From: Pirellula staleyi DSM 6068
GTDB lineage: Bacteria; Planctomycetota; Planctomycetia; Pirellulales; Pirellulaceae
NCBI GenBank assembly: GCA_000025185.1
Contig: CP001848.1
Location: 3,930,001-3,962,000, forward strand
Length of the DNA: 32,000 nucleotides
Direction: 5' to 3'
Positions 8,721 to 15,382 of this stretch are shown piece after piece. A program made the translations under genes and the position numbers. Below the pieces are notes generated by a model. That model did no database searches. It saw only the letters and a list, made by a program, of their open reading frames with translations, and was not told the origin of the DNA. How positions within the stretch are numbered: the first letter of the stretch is position 1; each line of letters opens with the position of its first letter.

Positions 8721-8730
8721 ACGGCGGAGT

Positions 8731-8819
8731 CCGAACCATCGCATGCACGGGAGTGGCGGTGGCCAGCGGATTTTGGAATAAACTTCAACTCCCGCCGCCC
8801 CGTGATGCAGAACCTTCGC
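8731..8819 (+). repeat. attC-like site, chimeric (type B arms, type A centre), right core CTTCGC
   Basis: CCGAACCATCGCATGCACGGGAGTGGCGG..AGCGGATTTTGGAATAAACTTCAACTCCCGCCGCCCCGTGATGCAGAACCTTCGC. Confidence 0.7.
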
Positions 8820-8828
8820 ATTTGTACG

Positions 8829-9485
8829 ATGAATAAGAAGTCTCAACTAGACGCGATCATTCTCGCCGAGGTTCTTCGCTTACAGCGATGGGCAGGTGGA
8901 GAGCATGTTCCAGCAGATCGTATTTTCGGACTCATGAACGGATTTGAGTCCGTTGTTGATCAGGAATCGGAATCATTCGGTATCAGTCGCGATACTCAGG
9001 ATAAGGTCGAAAACCTTCTTGAGGACGTTGAGTACGGAACGCAGTCTACCGATGGAATGGCCATCAAGGATCGTCTACGTCGCGATCATGTTGCTGAATC
9101 GGACGCGGGGCGCGTCATGCAACTATGTCGGTTGCAAAGCCGATTTGTTGATAGTGTAAATGCGATTGCAAACGGCGTTGGTTCGGTGTTTGCATACATC
9201 ACTCGTCGTCGGCAGCCAGAACAGAATTGGTTTGGCTCGCTTCACTATATTGAACTGGTTGATTGCACTGAAGGCGTTCGCAAAAAACTTCACGCCGTCT
9301 TTGCTCCTGCAATCCCAAGGGTTGGGGAATATGTTACACCAGAAAATGGGCCAGCCATGCGAGTCGTAGGGGTCGATCATGTTGTTGCTTCCCAAGGCGA
9401 TGATGAATCGGTTGTACACAATATACTCATCCCACATGTCCTGCTAGAGATGGATGACAACGACGAAGTCGCGAGCAACGAATAG
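8829..9485 (+). CDS. Cassette 7: hypothetical protein (218 aa), acidic
   Basis: Track ORF 8802-9485 begins with a GTG inside the attC. The first ATG (8829, MNKKSQLD..) lies 15 nt after the core and is the more likely start. Confidence 0.6.
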   Translation: MNKKSQLDAIILAEVLRLQRWAGGEHVPADRIFGLMNGFESVVDQESESFGISRDTQDKVENLLEDVEYGTQSTDGMAIKDRLRRDHVAESDAGRVMQLCRLQSRFVDSVNAIANGVGSVFAYITRRRQPEQNWFGSLHYIELVDCTEGVRKKLHAVFAPAIPRVGEYVTPENGPAMRVVGVDHVVASQGDDESVVHNILIPHVLLEMDDNDEVASNE

Positions 9486-9494
9486 CAGGAACTG

Positions 9495-9585
9495 GCGAAC
9501 AACCGCATGCACCGGACCGCCGTTCGGGGTTGTTTTTTTAAAAATGGTTCATCACCAGTGGCGGCCGGTGATGCAGAACGTTCGC
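9495..9585 (+). repeat. attC site, type B (91 nt)
   Basis: GCGAACAACCGCATGCACCGGACCGCCGTTCGGGGTTGTTTTTTTAAAAATGGTTCATCACCAGTGGCGGCCGGTGATGCAGAACGTTCGC. Confidence 0.85.
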
Positions 9586-9590
9586 TGCAT

Positions 9591-10004
9591 ATGGTCACTG
9601 ACGTCTATCACCTCAAGGCGTACAACTCGGAACAAGGGCTCCACAACTTGACGTTGGCGGTGCGCGAGGTCGACGATGATTACATCATCACGTGCAAGCT
9701 TCCCGACTCCGATGACTTGCTAACCGGCCAAGCAGGCGATTGTTTTGCAGCCCTACAAATCATGCGCCGAGAAGCTGAAGGACGTAACTGGAAGATTTGC
9801 TGCAAAGGGGCACGTCGGAATGTATGGCCGTCGGCAATGTCTCGGTCGATGGGCGGCGGAGTAAAGGCATACGTGCTAGAGATGGGACGGCAGGGGCGGG
9901 TGGATTCGTTGGTGGACATCTTCGATGATGACGATCCTGAATCGTATTCGTCCGTATCGGATCAAGAGGCCTTCGCTAGCGCGTGGCTTGAATCGCTTCA
10001 ATGA
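9591..10004 (+). CDS. Cassette 8: hypothetical protein (137 aa)
   Basis: Track ORF 9507-10004 starts inside the attC. An in-frame ATG at 9591 (MVTDVYHLKAYN..) lies 11 nt after GTTCGC. Confidence 0.6.
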   Translation: MVTDVYHLKAYNSEQGLHNLTLAVREVDDDYIITCKLPDSDDLLTGQAGDCFAALQIMRREAEGRNWKICCKGARRNVWPSAMSRSMGGGVKAYVLEMGRQGRVDSLVDIFDDDDPESYSSVSDQEAFASAWLESLQ

Positions 10005-10010
10005 AAGTCA

Positions 10011-10099
10011 GCGAACAACCGCATGCACCGGACCGCCGTGCGGCGTTGGTTTAACAATGGCACATCAGCGGCGGCGGTCGGTGATGGTGAGGGTTAAGC
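10011..10099 (+). repeat. attC site, type B arms, canonical right core GTTAAGC
   Basis: GCGAACAACCGCATGCACCGGACCGCCGTGCGGCGTTGGTTTAACAATGGCACATCAGCGGCGGCGGTCGGTGATGGTGAGGGTTAAGC. The right core fits the classical GTTRRRY. Confidence 0.8.
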
Positions 10100-10103
10100 A
10101 CGC

Positions 10104-10727
10104 ATGACAAGTCGCTGGCAGTTCGATGACCCGCCGAATACTGCGTCGTTCACGACGAGTTTCGTACTCGACGGCGCGCCGATATTACGCGTCTACCACG
10201 ATTACGATGGCGGCTGGCAACTCCACGGACCGCCGGATAATCTCGCTACACCAGACGTTGCCCGCATCGTATCGCTCGGAAGCATGATTGCGCATGATCC
10301 GTCACTGTGCGAATTGCACGATCTGCCCAATGGTTGGCTGGCGTTTCGTAAGTCGACTAAAGATCGTTGGAAACGGCAGAAGAACAACCCGTTTCCAGCG
10401 TACGCGGAGAATGGATACTACCTCGAAGATGCCGTTTGGATGACTAAGCATCGCGACGATGTTCACCCACCCTCGGAAGAGCGACGAGACAACCTCGAAG
10501 TCGGCACTTACGTCAAGCTGCTTTTTCGATTCGCCGCCGAAGATGCCCAGCGGCGGGACAAGCAAACCGAACGGATGTGGGTACTCATCACGCACATCGA
10601 TGAAGACGGCAACTACATCGGAACTCTCGCAAGCGATCCGTACAACTCCAGCACGCTTACCTGGGGAGACACCATACAATTTCATCCGCTCCATGTCATG
10701 GAAATTCTCGAAGAGGACGGCGCATAA
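10104..10727 (+). CDS. Cassette 9: DUF2185 (Imm33-like) N-domain plus DUF2314-like C-domain protein (207 aa)
   Basis: SFTTSFVLDGAPILRVYHDYDGGWQLHG..VSLGSMIAHDPSLCELHDLPNGWLAFR matches my recollection of the DUF2185 pattern. ERMWVLITHIDEDGNYIGTLASDPYNSSTLTWGDTIQF matches the DUF2314 pattern (E.MWV..G.L.N.P..GD). These matches are recalled, not searched. Confidence 0.75.
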   Translation: MTSRWQFDDPPNTASFTTSFVLDGAPILRVYHDYDGGWQLHGPPDNLATPDVARIVSLGSMIAHDPSLCELHDLPNGWLAFRKSTKDRWKRQKNNPFPAYAENGYYLEDAVWMTKHRDDVHPPSEERRDNLEVGTYVKLLFRFAAEDAQRRDKQTERMWVLITHIDEDGNYIGTLASDPYNSSTLTWGDTIQFHPLHVMEILEEDGA

Positions 10728-10806
10728 CAAACCGTTGCACCCGTCCGCCCAACGAGTCTTGCCGCGTGGTAGAATCATGGTCTGGCGGGTGATTGCGAAC
10801 GTTCGC
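10722..10806 (+). repeat. attC-like site (divergent), left core overlaps the stop codon, right core GTTCGC
   Basis: GCATAACAAACCGTTGCACCCGTCCGCC...TCTGGCGGGTGATTGCGAACGTTCGC. GGCGG/CCGCC and AAC/GTT pairings are present; the arms are less complementary than in type B. Confidence 0.55.
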
Positions 10807-10832
10807 TAGTCGAGAGTGAGGAGCGTCGGAGG

Positions 10833-11693
10833 ATGCGTCGCACGACCATTTCGCTCGTTTTTGCCATGCTCACGGCTCTCCTAGCGTTTCCTGGCTCCGG
10901 TCAGGAACCAGAATCCGCAGCGGCACCTAAGGCGAAGGCCCCGTCGATCGACGAACTGTTGCTCTTCTTCCCGTCAAAGTACCCCAGGGGTGAATGGAAG
11001 CCCCAGGATCTGCAGTTCGAGGATGTATTCTTTGCTGCTGAAGACGAGACGAAACTGCATGGATGGTATTGTCCCGCCAAAGAGCCACGGGCCGTGCTGC
11101 TTGTCGCTCATGGAAACGCAGGGCACGTTGCTTCACGAGCGCCCTGGCTACGCTATTTGCAGACCCGAGCGAAGGTTTCCGTCTTCATGTTCGACTATCG
11201 GGGTTACGGGCGGAGCGAGGGAACGCCAACGGTTGAAGGGGCACTCCAGGATGCGCGGGCAGCTCGGGCAAAGCTGCGCGAACTAGCGGCCATCCAAGAC
11301 TCGGAAATGGTTCTCATGGGCGAGTCGCTAGGTGGTGCGATCGTCATTCAGTTGGCAGCCGACTCTCCGCCGCGAGGATTGATCGTGCAAAGTACTTTCT
11401 CGTCGCTGCGCGATGTTGCCGACGTTCACTACCCGAAATTATCCTGGCTCGTTCCAAGGGGCAAGCTGGACTCGGCTTCACAGATCACTCGATACCGAGG
11501 TCCGCTACTGCAAAGTCATGGCAGCGCGGATCGAACGATTCCATTCTCGTCGGGCGAAAAACTGTTTCGGTCGGCCAGTGAGCCAAAACAGTTTGTTACC
11601 ATCGACAACGCCGATCACAACAACTGGCTCACCGACGCCTATCTAAAACAGCTAGACGAATTCCTCACCCGCCTTTCCGTCGCTCGAAAATGA
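10833..11693 (+). CDS. Cassette 10: secreted alpha/beta-hydrolase (BEM46 / serine aminopeptidase S33-like), 286 aa
   Basis: Signal peptide MRRTTISLVFAMLTALLAFPG. Other motifs: HGNAGH, FDYRGYGRSEG, nucleophile elbow GESLGG, and C-terminal ..SHGSADRTIPF..DHNN, which supplies the Asp and His candidates. Confidence 0.85.
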   Translation: MRRTTISLVFAMLTALLAFPGSGQEPESAAAPKAKAPSIDELLLFFPSKYPRGEWKPQDLQFEDVFFAAEDETKLHGWYCPAKEPRAVLLVAHGNAGHVASRAPWLRYLQTRAKVSVFMFDYRGYGRSEGTPTVEGALQDARAARAKLRELAAIQDSEMVLMGESLGGAIVIQLAADSPPRGLIVQSTFSSLRDVADVHYPKLSWLVPRGKLDSASQITRYRGPLLQSHGSADRTIPFSSGEKLFRSASEPKQFVTIDNADHNNWLTDAYLKQLDEFLTRLSVARK

Positions 11694-11696
11694 GCC

Positions 11697-11730
11697 ACCA
11701 ACCATCGCGTCCACGGAAGCGGCGTTAGGG
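11697..11730 (+). repeat. Possible minimal attC (34 nt), right core GTTAGGG
   Basis: CCAACCATCGCGTCCACGGAAGCGGCGTTAGGG. The left part resembles the type B/chimeric left arm CCGAACCATCGCATGCACGG. It ends 8 nt before the next ATG. This is far shorter than any attC I know of. Confidence 0.3.
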
Positions 11731-11737
11731 AGCACCA

Positions 11738-12196
11738 ATGGAATCGATTGCTCACGAACTTCGTCAGGCCGCTGCCAAGCTCCGGCTGTCGCCCTCTGAA
11801 ATGCGCGAATTGCCCGAGCCGGAAAATGCCGATGTCGTTACCGCCGTACTCAGCAACTTTGTGAAGTCCGGACATCGACGCTGGTGGTGGGAAGATTTTC
11901 GAGAACCAGGAGTCGCTCGCAGATTCCACGAGGGGGATGGATGGAAACGCATTCCTGGCATTGTGCCTGACTGCATGGAACGAATATGGTTCATGGCAGA
12001 GGACGGTCGGGTGGCTCCGTATCGTGTGTATGAAACAACGGCTGAGACGGCCTCTGCTCTTGTTGGCGAATGTTCCGGTTTCGAGTATTACCTGGTCGCC
12101 AAGAATCTGAGTTGGCTAATCTGCGAGAACCATCACCATGTGGTAATCGCGATTGGTGACCAAGTAGAGCAACAGCTCGCCGCTAGTGCAGGCTAA
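11738..12196 (+). CDS. Cassette 11: hypothetical cytoplasmic protein (152 aa)
   Basis: ORF track entry. Motifs RRWWWEDF and YYLVAKNLSWLICENHHHVVIAIG suggest a conserved small-domain family that I cannot name. Confidence 0.65.
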   Translation: MESIAHELRQAAAKLRLSPSEMRELPEPENADVVTAVLSNFVKSGHRRWWWEDFREPGVARRFHEGDGWKRIPGIVPDCMERIWFMAEDGRVAPYRVYETTAETASALVGECSGFEYYLVAKNLSWLICENHHHVVIAIGDQVEQQLAASAG

Positions 12197-12283
12197 CGAG
12201 AAAATGCACCCGAGTTGCCGTTGGTGCCGGATTGGGAGTCGAGAATCGCTCGCGCTGGCTGGGGGGGATTTTGGTCGTTGGCC
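12191..12283 (+). repeat. attC-like site with classical cores GGCTAAC ... GTTGGCC
   Basis: The reverse complement of the left arm (GGGTGCATTTTCTCGTTAGCC) aligns with the right arm GGGGGATTTTGGTCGTTGGCC. The left core overlaps the stop codon of 11738-12196. Confidence 0.65.
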
Positions 12284-12369
12284 AGAAACCATGGTGAAAT
12301 CCACAGGGGCTCTCGCCCCCTCGTGAGGCGTGAAGGCTGGGTGGCAGAGGGGAGTGAGTGACGCATCTG

Positions 12370-12882
12370 ATGGACTTGAGCCAGTTGCTAGAGGCCCGAC
12401 AGGGCCGACCGACTGAACGTCAGGCGGCGCGGAAGATCGCCACCTTCGCCGTCATTCCTGCAGCGATTTTGGGGCTGCTCACTGGGACTCAGCTGGTTGA
12501 TGTGGCCGACCCGATAGGGCGACTGCTGTGGGTCTGCACAGCGACCGCGCTGGGGGCTGGCTTCGGCGCCGCGTTCCTGGTGCTGGGGCTGTTTCACCTG
12601 TTTGGCTTCCGCTTGGTCGCCCTAATCGCCGATGCACTGGTAGGCAGTTTCATCGGCCTACTCTGCGGGGGTGCGCTAACCATGTTGCTCCTCTGGAGCA
12701 AGCTGGTTCATCCTAACCATGCGCTACTAGCGCTACTTTTGATCCCGCTCGGCGCCGTCGTTGTTCCACTCTGGCGAGCTTGGAGTGGAAACTCGCCTCC
12801 TTGCGCTGCTGCAGGGCAAGCCGCAGCAGCCCCCGATGGCGAACCAGACGCTGAGCAGGATCCTCCCGGGAGGCGGATTTAG
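12370..12882 (+). CDS. Cassette 12: integral membrane protein (about 170 aa, about 4 TM), Ala/Pro-rich tail
   Basis: The track ORF starts at GTG 12358; the first ATG is at 12370. It has several long hydrophobic segments. Its 3' end overlaps the next attC-like site. Confidence 0.55.
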   Translation: MDLSQLLEARQGRPTERQAARKIATFAVIPAAILGLLTGTQLVDVADPIGRLLWVCTATALGAGFGAAFLVLGLFHLFGFRLVALIADALVGSFIGLLCGGALTMLLLWSKLVHPNHALLALLLIPLGAVVVPLWRAWSGNSPPCAAAGQAAAAPDGEPDAEQDPPGRRI

Positions 12883-12958
12883 AAATCTTCACTATTTGTG
12901 CCTCTGTTCCTGCTGTCGCCCCTGTTACCGACAGCGTGATGCCGGCGCTTCGTTCTCG
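12839..12958 (+). repeat. attC-like site (type A centre), right boundary uncertain
   Basis: GCGAACCAGACGC..GGGAGGCGGATTTAGAAATCTTCACTATTTGTGCC..CTGTCGCCCCTGTTACCGACAGCGTGATGCC..CGTTCTCGC parallels 6967-7058 (..CAGGCGGATTTGAAATAGACAATCTCTTGTCGCCGCCCTGTGAACGGTGACGTTCGCT). The right core could be GTGATGC (12936) or GTTCTCG (12952). Confidence 0.4.
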
Positions 12959-13787
12959 CTACCGCAAAATTTGGTTAGCCAAAAATCTCGAAACCCCCTC
13001 AGCGTGGTTTTTTCTCGTGAAATCACTCGGACTCACGTACTGGCAAAAGACCATTCTGAGATCACTCAGGAATGCTGTCCTGCTCTATCTCATCGTCGTG
13101 ATCGCCATGTTTCTGTTACAGCGTCAGTTACTTTACTTCCCTTCGCATGATCCACCGAAGGGTGATTTGAAGCCTTGGCTGGCCGAGGATCGTTTGATCG
13201 GTTTTTGCCGCGAGGTTGCTGAGCCAAAGACGATCTGGCTGATGATGCATGGCAATGCGGGGCAGGCTGCCGATCGCGACTATGTACTCGAGCGATTGGC
13301 TGATAGCGACTCGCTTTACGTCCTAGAATACCCGGGCTATGGCGCCCGGGAAGGTAAACCGACGAAGCTGTCCATTGATCTCGCGGCGGCTGAGGCCTTT
13401 CGAGTTCTTCGGGCTAAGAACCCGAGCAGACCCATTTGTGTACTGGGAGAGTCACTCGGGAGCGGTCCCGCGTGCATGCTGACCCACGAGCCATCCCCTC
13501 CCGAGAAAGTGTTCCTGGCTGTTCCCTACGACACACTACCCAATGTGGCAGCGAAGCGTTTCTTTTTTCTTCCTGTACGTCTCTTAATGCTGGACAGGTG
13601 GAATAACGTGCAGGCACTACAAGGCTACGAAGGTGAGGTCGAGATTCTAGCCGCATCCGAGGATGAAGTGATCCCACCGACCCACGCCGAAGCCTTGGCA
13701 CGTCAAGTTCCTCATGCAAAGTTGATCCGCATACGTGGTGGCCATAATGATTGGTCCTTCGATCGCTCCATTCAGATTCGAAGGTAG
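12939..13787 (+). CDS. Cassette 13: membrane-anchored alpha/beta-hydrolase, paralog of 10833-11693 (about 282 aa)
   Basis: TM segment AVLLYLIVVIAMFLL, then HGNAGQ, LEYPGYGAREG, GESLGSG and ..ASEDEVIP..GGHND. The start could be ATG 12939, or GTG near 13016 if the attC core is the one at 12952. Confidence 0.8.
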   Translation: MPALRSRYRKIWLAKNLETPSAWFFLVKSLGLTYWQKTILRSLRNAVLLYLIVVIAMFLLQRQLLYFPSHDPPKGDLKPWLAEDRLIGFCREVAEPKTIWLMMHGNAGQAADRDYVLERLADSDSLYVLEYPGYGAREGKPTKLSIDLAAAEAFRVLRAKNPSRPICVLGESLGSGPACMLTHEPSPPEKVFLAVPYDTLPNVAAKRFFFLPVRLLMLDRWNNVQALQGYEGEVEILAASEDEVIPPTHAEALARQVPHAKLIRIRGGHNDWSFDRSIQIRR

Positions 13788-13807
13788 TGTCGAGGTTAAA
13801 TTCACGA

Positions 13808-13871
13808 GCGAATCATACGCGACTGAAGTCTTGGATCGCTTAGCCTCGGCCGGGTGATCCTAGGTATTTAC
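13808..13871 (+). repeat. Degenerate, centre-deleted type B attC remnant
   Basis: GCGAATCATACGCGACTG...CTCGGCCGGGTGATCCTAGGTATTTAC compared with GCGAACAACCGCATGCACCGG...GGCGGCCGGTGATGCAGAACGTTCGC. The GTT core is lost. Confidence 0.3.
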
Positions 13872-13882
13872 TGGAAGGTCAG

Positions 13883-14170
13883 ATGCTTAAGGCGACGACA
13901 ACTACGAGGGCTCGTGTCTGGGGAACAGAGAATGCGTGGAGTCTCTCTCCAGTGCAGACTGCCGATGAGCCGAATCAGCTATGCGATATCGAATTGGAAA
14001 TCCAAGGCGACGACCAGAACGGTTATCACTTGGTGATGAGTCCGCGTGGATTCTTCCCAGCCGACACATGGCATCAAACGAAACAGGACGCTCTCGATAC
14101 GGCCAGGGAACTACTCGGCGTGCTTCCCGAAGTTTGGTCGAAGCCAATCCGAAGAGGACTTGACAAGTGA
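13883..14170 (+). CDS. Hypothetical small protein (95 aa), cassette-like
   Basis: ORF track entry. Same strand and size class as the cassettes, with coherent composition (..NGYHLVMSPRGFFPADTWHQTKQDALDTARELLGV..). Confidence 0.5.
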   Translation: MLKATTTTRARVWGTENAWSLSPVQTADEPNQLCDIELEIQGDDQNGYHLVMSPRGFFPADTWHQTKQDALDTARELLGVLPEVWSKPIRRGLDK

Positions 14171-14279
14171 ATAAGGCAATGGGGTACTGAGCGGCGAAGC
14201 GGGTTCGCAGTGGATTAAACGGTATTTAGTTGCTGCTGCGTTATGCTGGGGCATTATTGATGAAGATGGGATAGCTCCT

Positions 14280-14606
14280 ATGAAAGACAGCCGACGACCA
14301 TTGATATTGCCTCCGGCGGCTGAATCCGACATGAATGCCATCGAAATGGCACGGATTTGGATTGCGGAGAATCAACTTCATTGCGTTTTGAATGTTGGGT
14401 ATTGGCAGCAGGCATCAGGAATCGATGAGCGACATGCTTGGGGTATCTTGCTGGCAGATATTGCTAGACATGCCTCGTTTGCACTCGGAAATGCAATGGG
14501 GAGTGATCCGCGTGATAACCTAAAAATGATTCTCGAATCCCTCCAGACCGAAATTGCTCACAAAACATCCGAGCATGTCGGAGAGTGGCGTGAAGGCAAG
14601 CCTTGA
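14280..14606 (+). CDS. DUF5076-like protein (108 aa), cassette-like
   Basis: AIEMARIWIAENQLHCVLNVGYW..ERHAWGILLADIARHASFAL matches my recollection of the DUF5076 signature (E..R.W....L.v.l....W.....WG.lLaD.arH.a.A). Recalled, not searched. Confidence 0.65.
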   Translation: MKDSRRPLILPPAAESDMNAIEMARIWIAENQLHCVLNVGYWQQASGIDERHAWGILLADIARHASFALGNAMGSDPRDNLKMILESLQTEIAHKTSEHVGEWREGKP

Positions 14607-14694
14607 TCGTCGCCGCCGATCTTGCGTTTGGAGAAGTCAACATCACTCATGTTGGCAGAGTTTTCGCCGTGTTTGAAAGGTCAATTGCACCTAT

Positions 14695-14952
14695 ATGTCA
14701 GACTTGGAACATAATCCACCCAACACGATTGGGTGTACTTGGGGTGTCGTGTTGTTTGGCGGCGGTTTCATGGGTGGTTGGTTTCTCGCTTCGGCGATCT
14801 TCTATTATTACGTTGGTGATGTCGATCTTGGGCCAGACCGAAATCTTGTGTTGGCGAGCCTTAGCGTGGGATATCTGTCGGGCTTGCTCTGTCTGATGGT
14901 TGGTAGGCGTTTGCTATTAAAACATGCTCATCCACCGCGCAGGGCCTCGTAA
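14695..14952 (+). CDS. Small membrane protein (85 aa, 2 TM), cassette-like
   Basis: ORF track entry with hydrophobic segments WGVVLFGGGFMGGWFLASAIFYYYV and LVLASLSVGYLSGLLCLMV. Confidence 0.5.
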   Translation: MSDLEHNPPNTIGCTWGVVLFGGGFMGGWFLASAIFYYYVGDVDLGPDRNLVLASLSVGYLSGLLCLMVGRRLLLKHAHPPRRAS

Positions 14953-15018
14953 TAAGATGCATCTTATAAGAGTGTCATGGCGTACGATGATGGGCACTAC
15001 CGCACGGTTGTGGAGTGA

Positions 15019-15143
15019 GACCTAGTACTCGGTCTAGCGGTTAAAGTCATCCTCAGCTGCGATTCACACTGCTGGACAAGCCAGCTAGTAGCCACCCCGT
15101 TTTGCCTGACATTGATCGCTAGACGGACCACTAGTAGTAGGTC
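15019..15143 (+). mobile_element. MITE-like non-coding element, copy A (125 bp) with about 35-bp imperfect terminal inverted repeats
   Basis: Left end GACCTAGTACTCGGTCTAGCGGTTAAAGTCATCC. The reverse complement of the right end is GACCTACTACTAGTGGTCCGTCTAGCGATCAATGTCAGG. The whole element recurs inverted at 22104-22222. Confidence 0.6.
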
Positions 15144-15382
15144 GTTTATCATTTCATTTCAGGTAATCATCTAGTGTGACACTGGGCTCCGACCAGTGAG
15201 AAGTGCAAAAGGCTCTCTGTTCGGGGAGATTTTTGCGAGCAACATCGCTTCGAGCTTCTGCACTGGCAAGATGCCAGTGGCACCCAAAAAATGACATCGA
15301 GTGTTAGACGGGTTAGTAGCTTCGAGTTGATGTCTGTAGGTGGTTGCGGATCGGCTCAAGGGGGACGGAATCGCTCGGGAGG

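Larger units (their letters stand above)
3985..13871. mobile_element. Chromosomal integron: decayed intI on the minus strand, a candidate attI, and a plus-strand cassette array bounded by attC-like sites. The distal limit is uncertain; small cassette-like ORFs continue to 14952.
   Basis: An integron-type integrase pseudogene is divergent from about 13 imperfect palindromes of 34-120 nt. Each has an ..AAC.. outer left core and a GTT(C/A)(G/A)(C/G).. outer right core. Most are followed 11-32 nt later by the start codon of a single same-strand ORF. Cassette sizes are about 0.5-0.9 kb. Confidence 0.8.

Noticed and set aside
5699-13871. Regularly spaced repeats could be read as a CRISPR array.
   Set aside because: The repeats are 85-95 nt (34-120 nt counting the atypical sites), internally palindromic, of two sequence classes and imperfect. 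The 0.5-0.9 kb intervals each hold a complete same-strand ORF. An integron integrase lies adjacent and no cas genes are present.
14191-14694. Possible further attC remnants: GCGAAGCGGGTTCGC at 14194-14208, and CAGAGTTTTCGCC near 14658.
   Set aside because: Each shows a core-like motif without complementary arms, which is too weak to call. They are mentioned only because the ORFs here look cassette-like.
15261-15291. Hairpin CACTGGCA aga TGCCAGTG followed by A6, downstream of the regulator gene; considered as a possible terminator.
   Set aside because: On the minus strand, the regulator's sense strand, the T-run precedes the stem. On the plus strand the stem is followed by A residues. The geometry is wrong for an intrinsic terminator in either direction.
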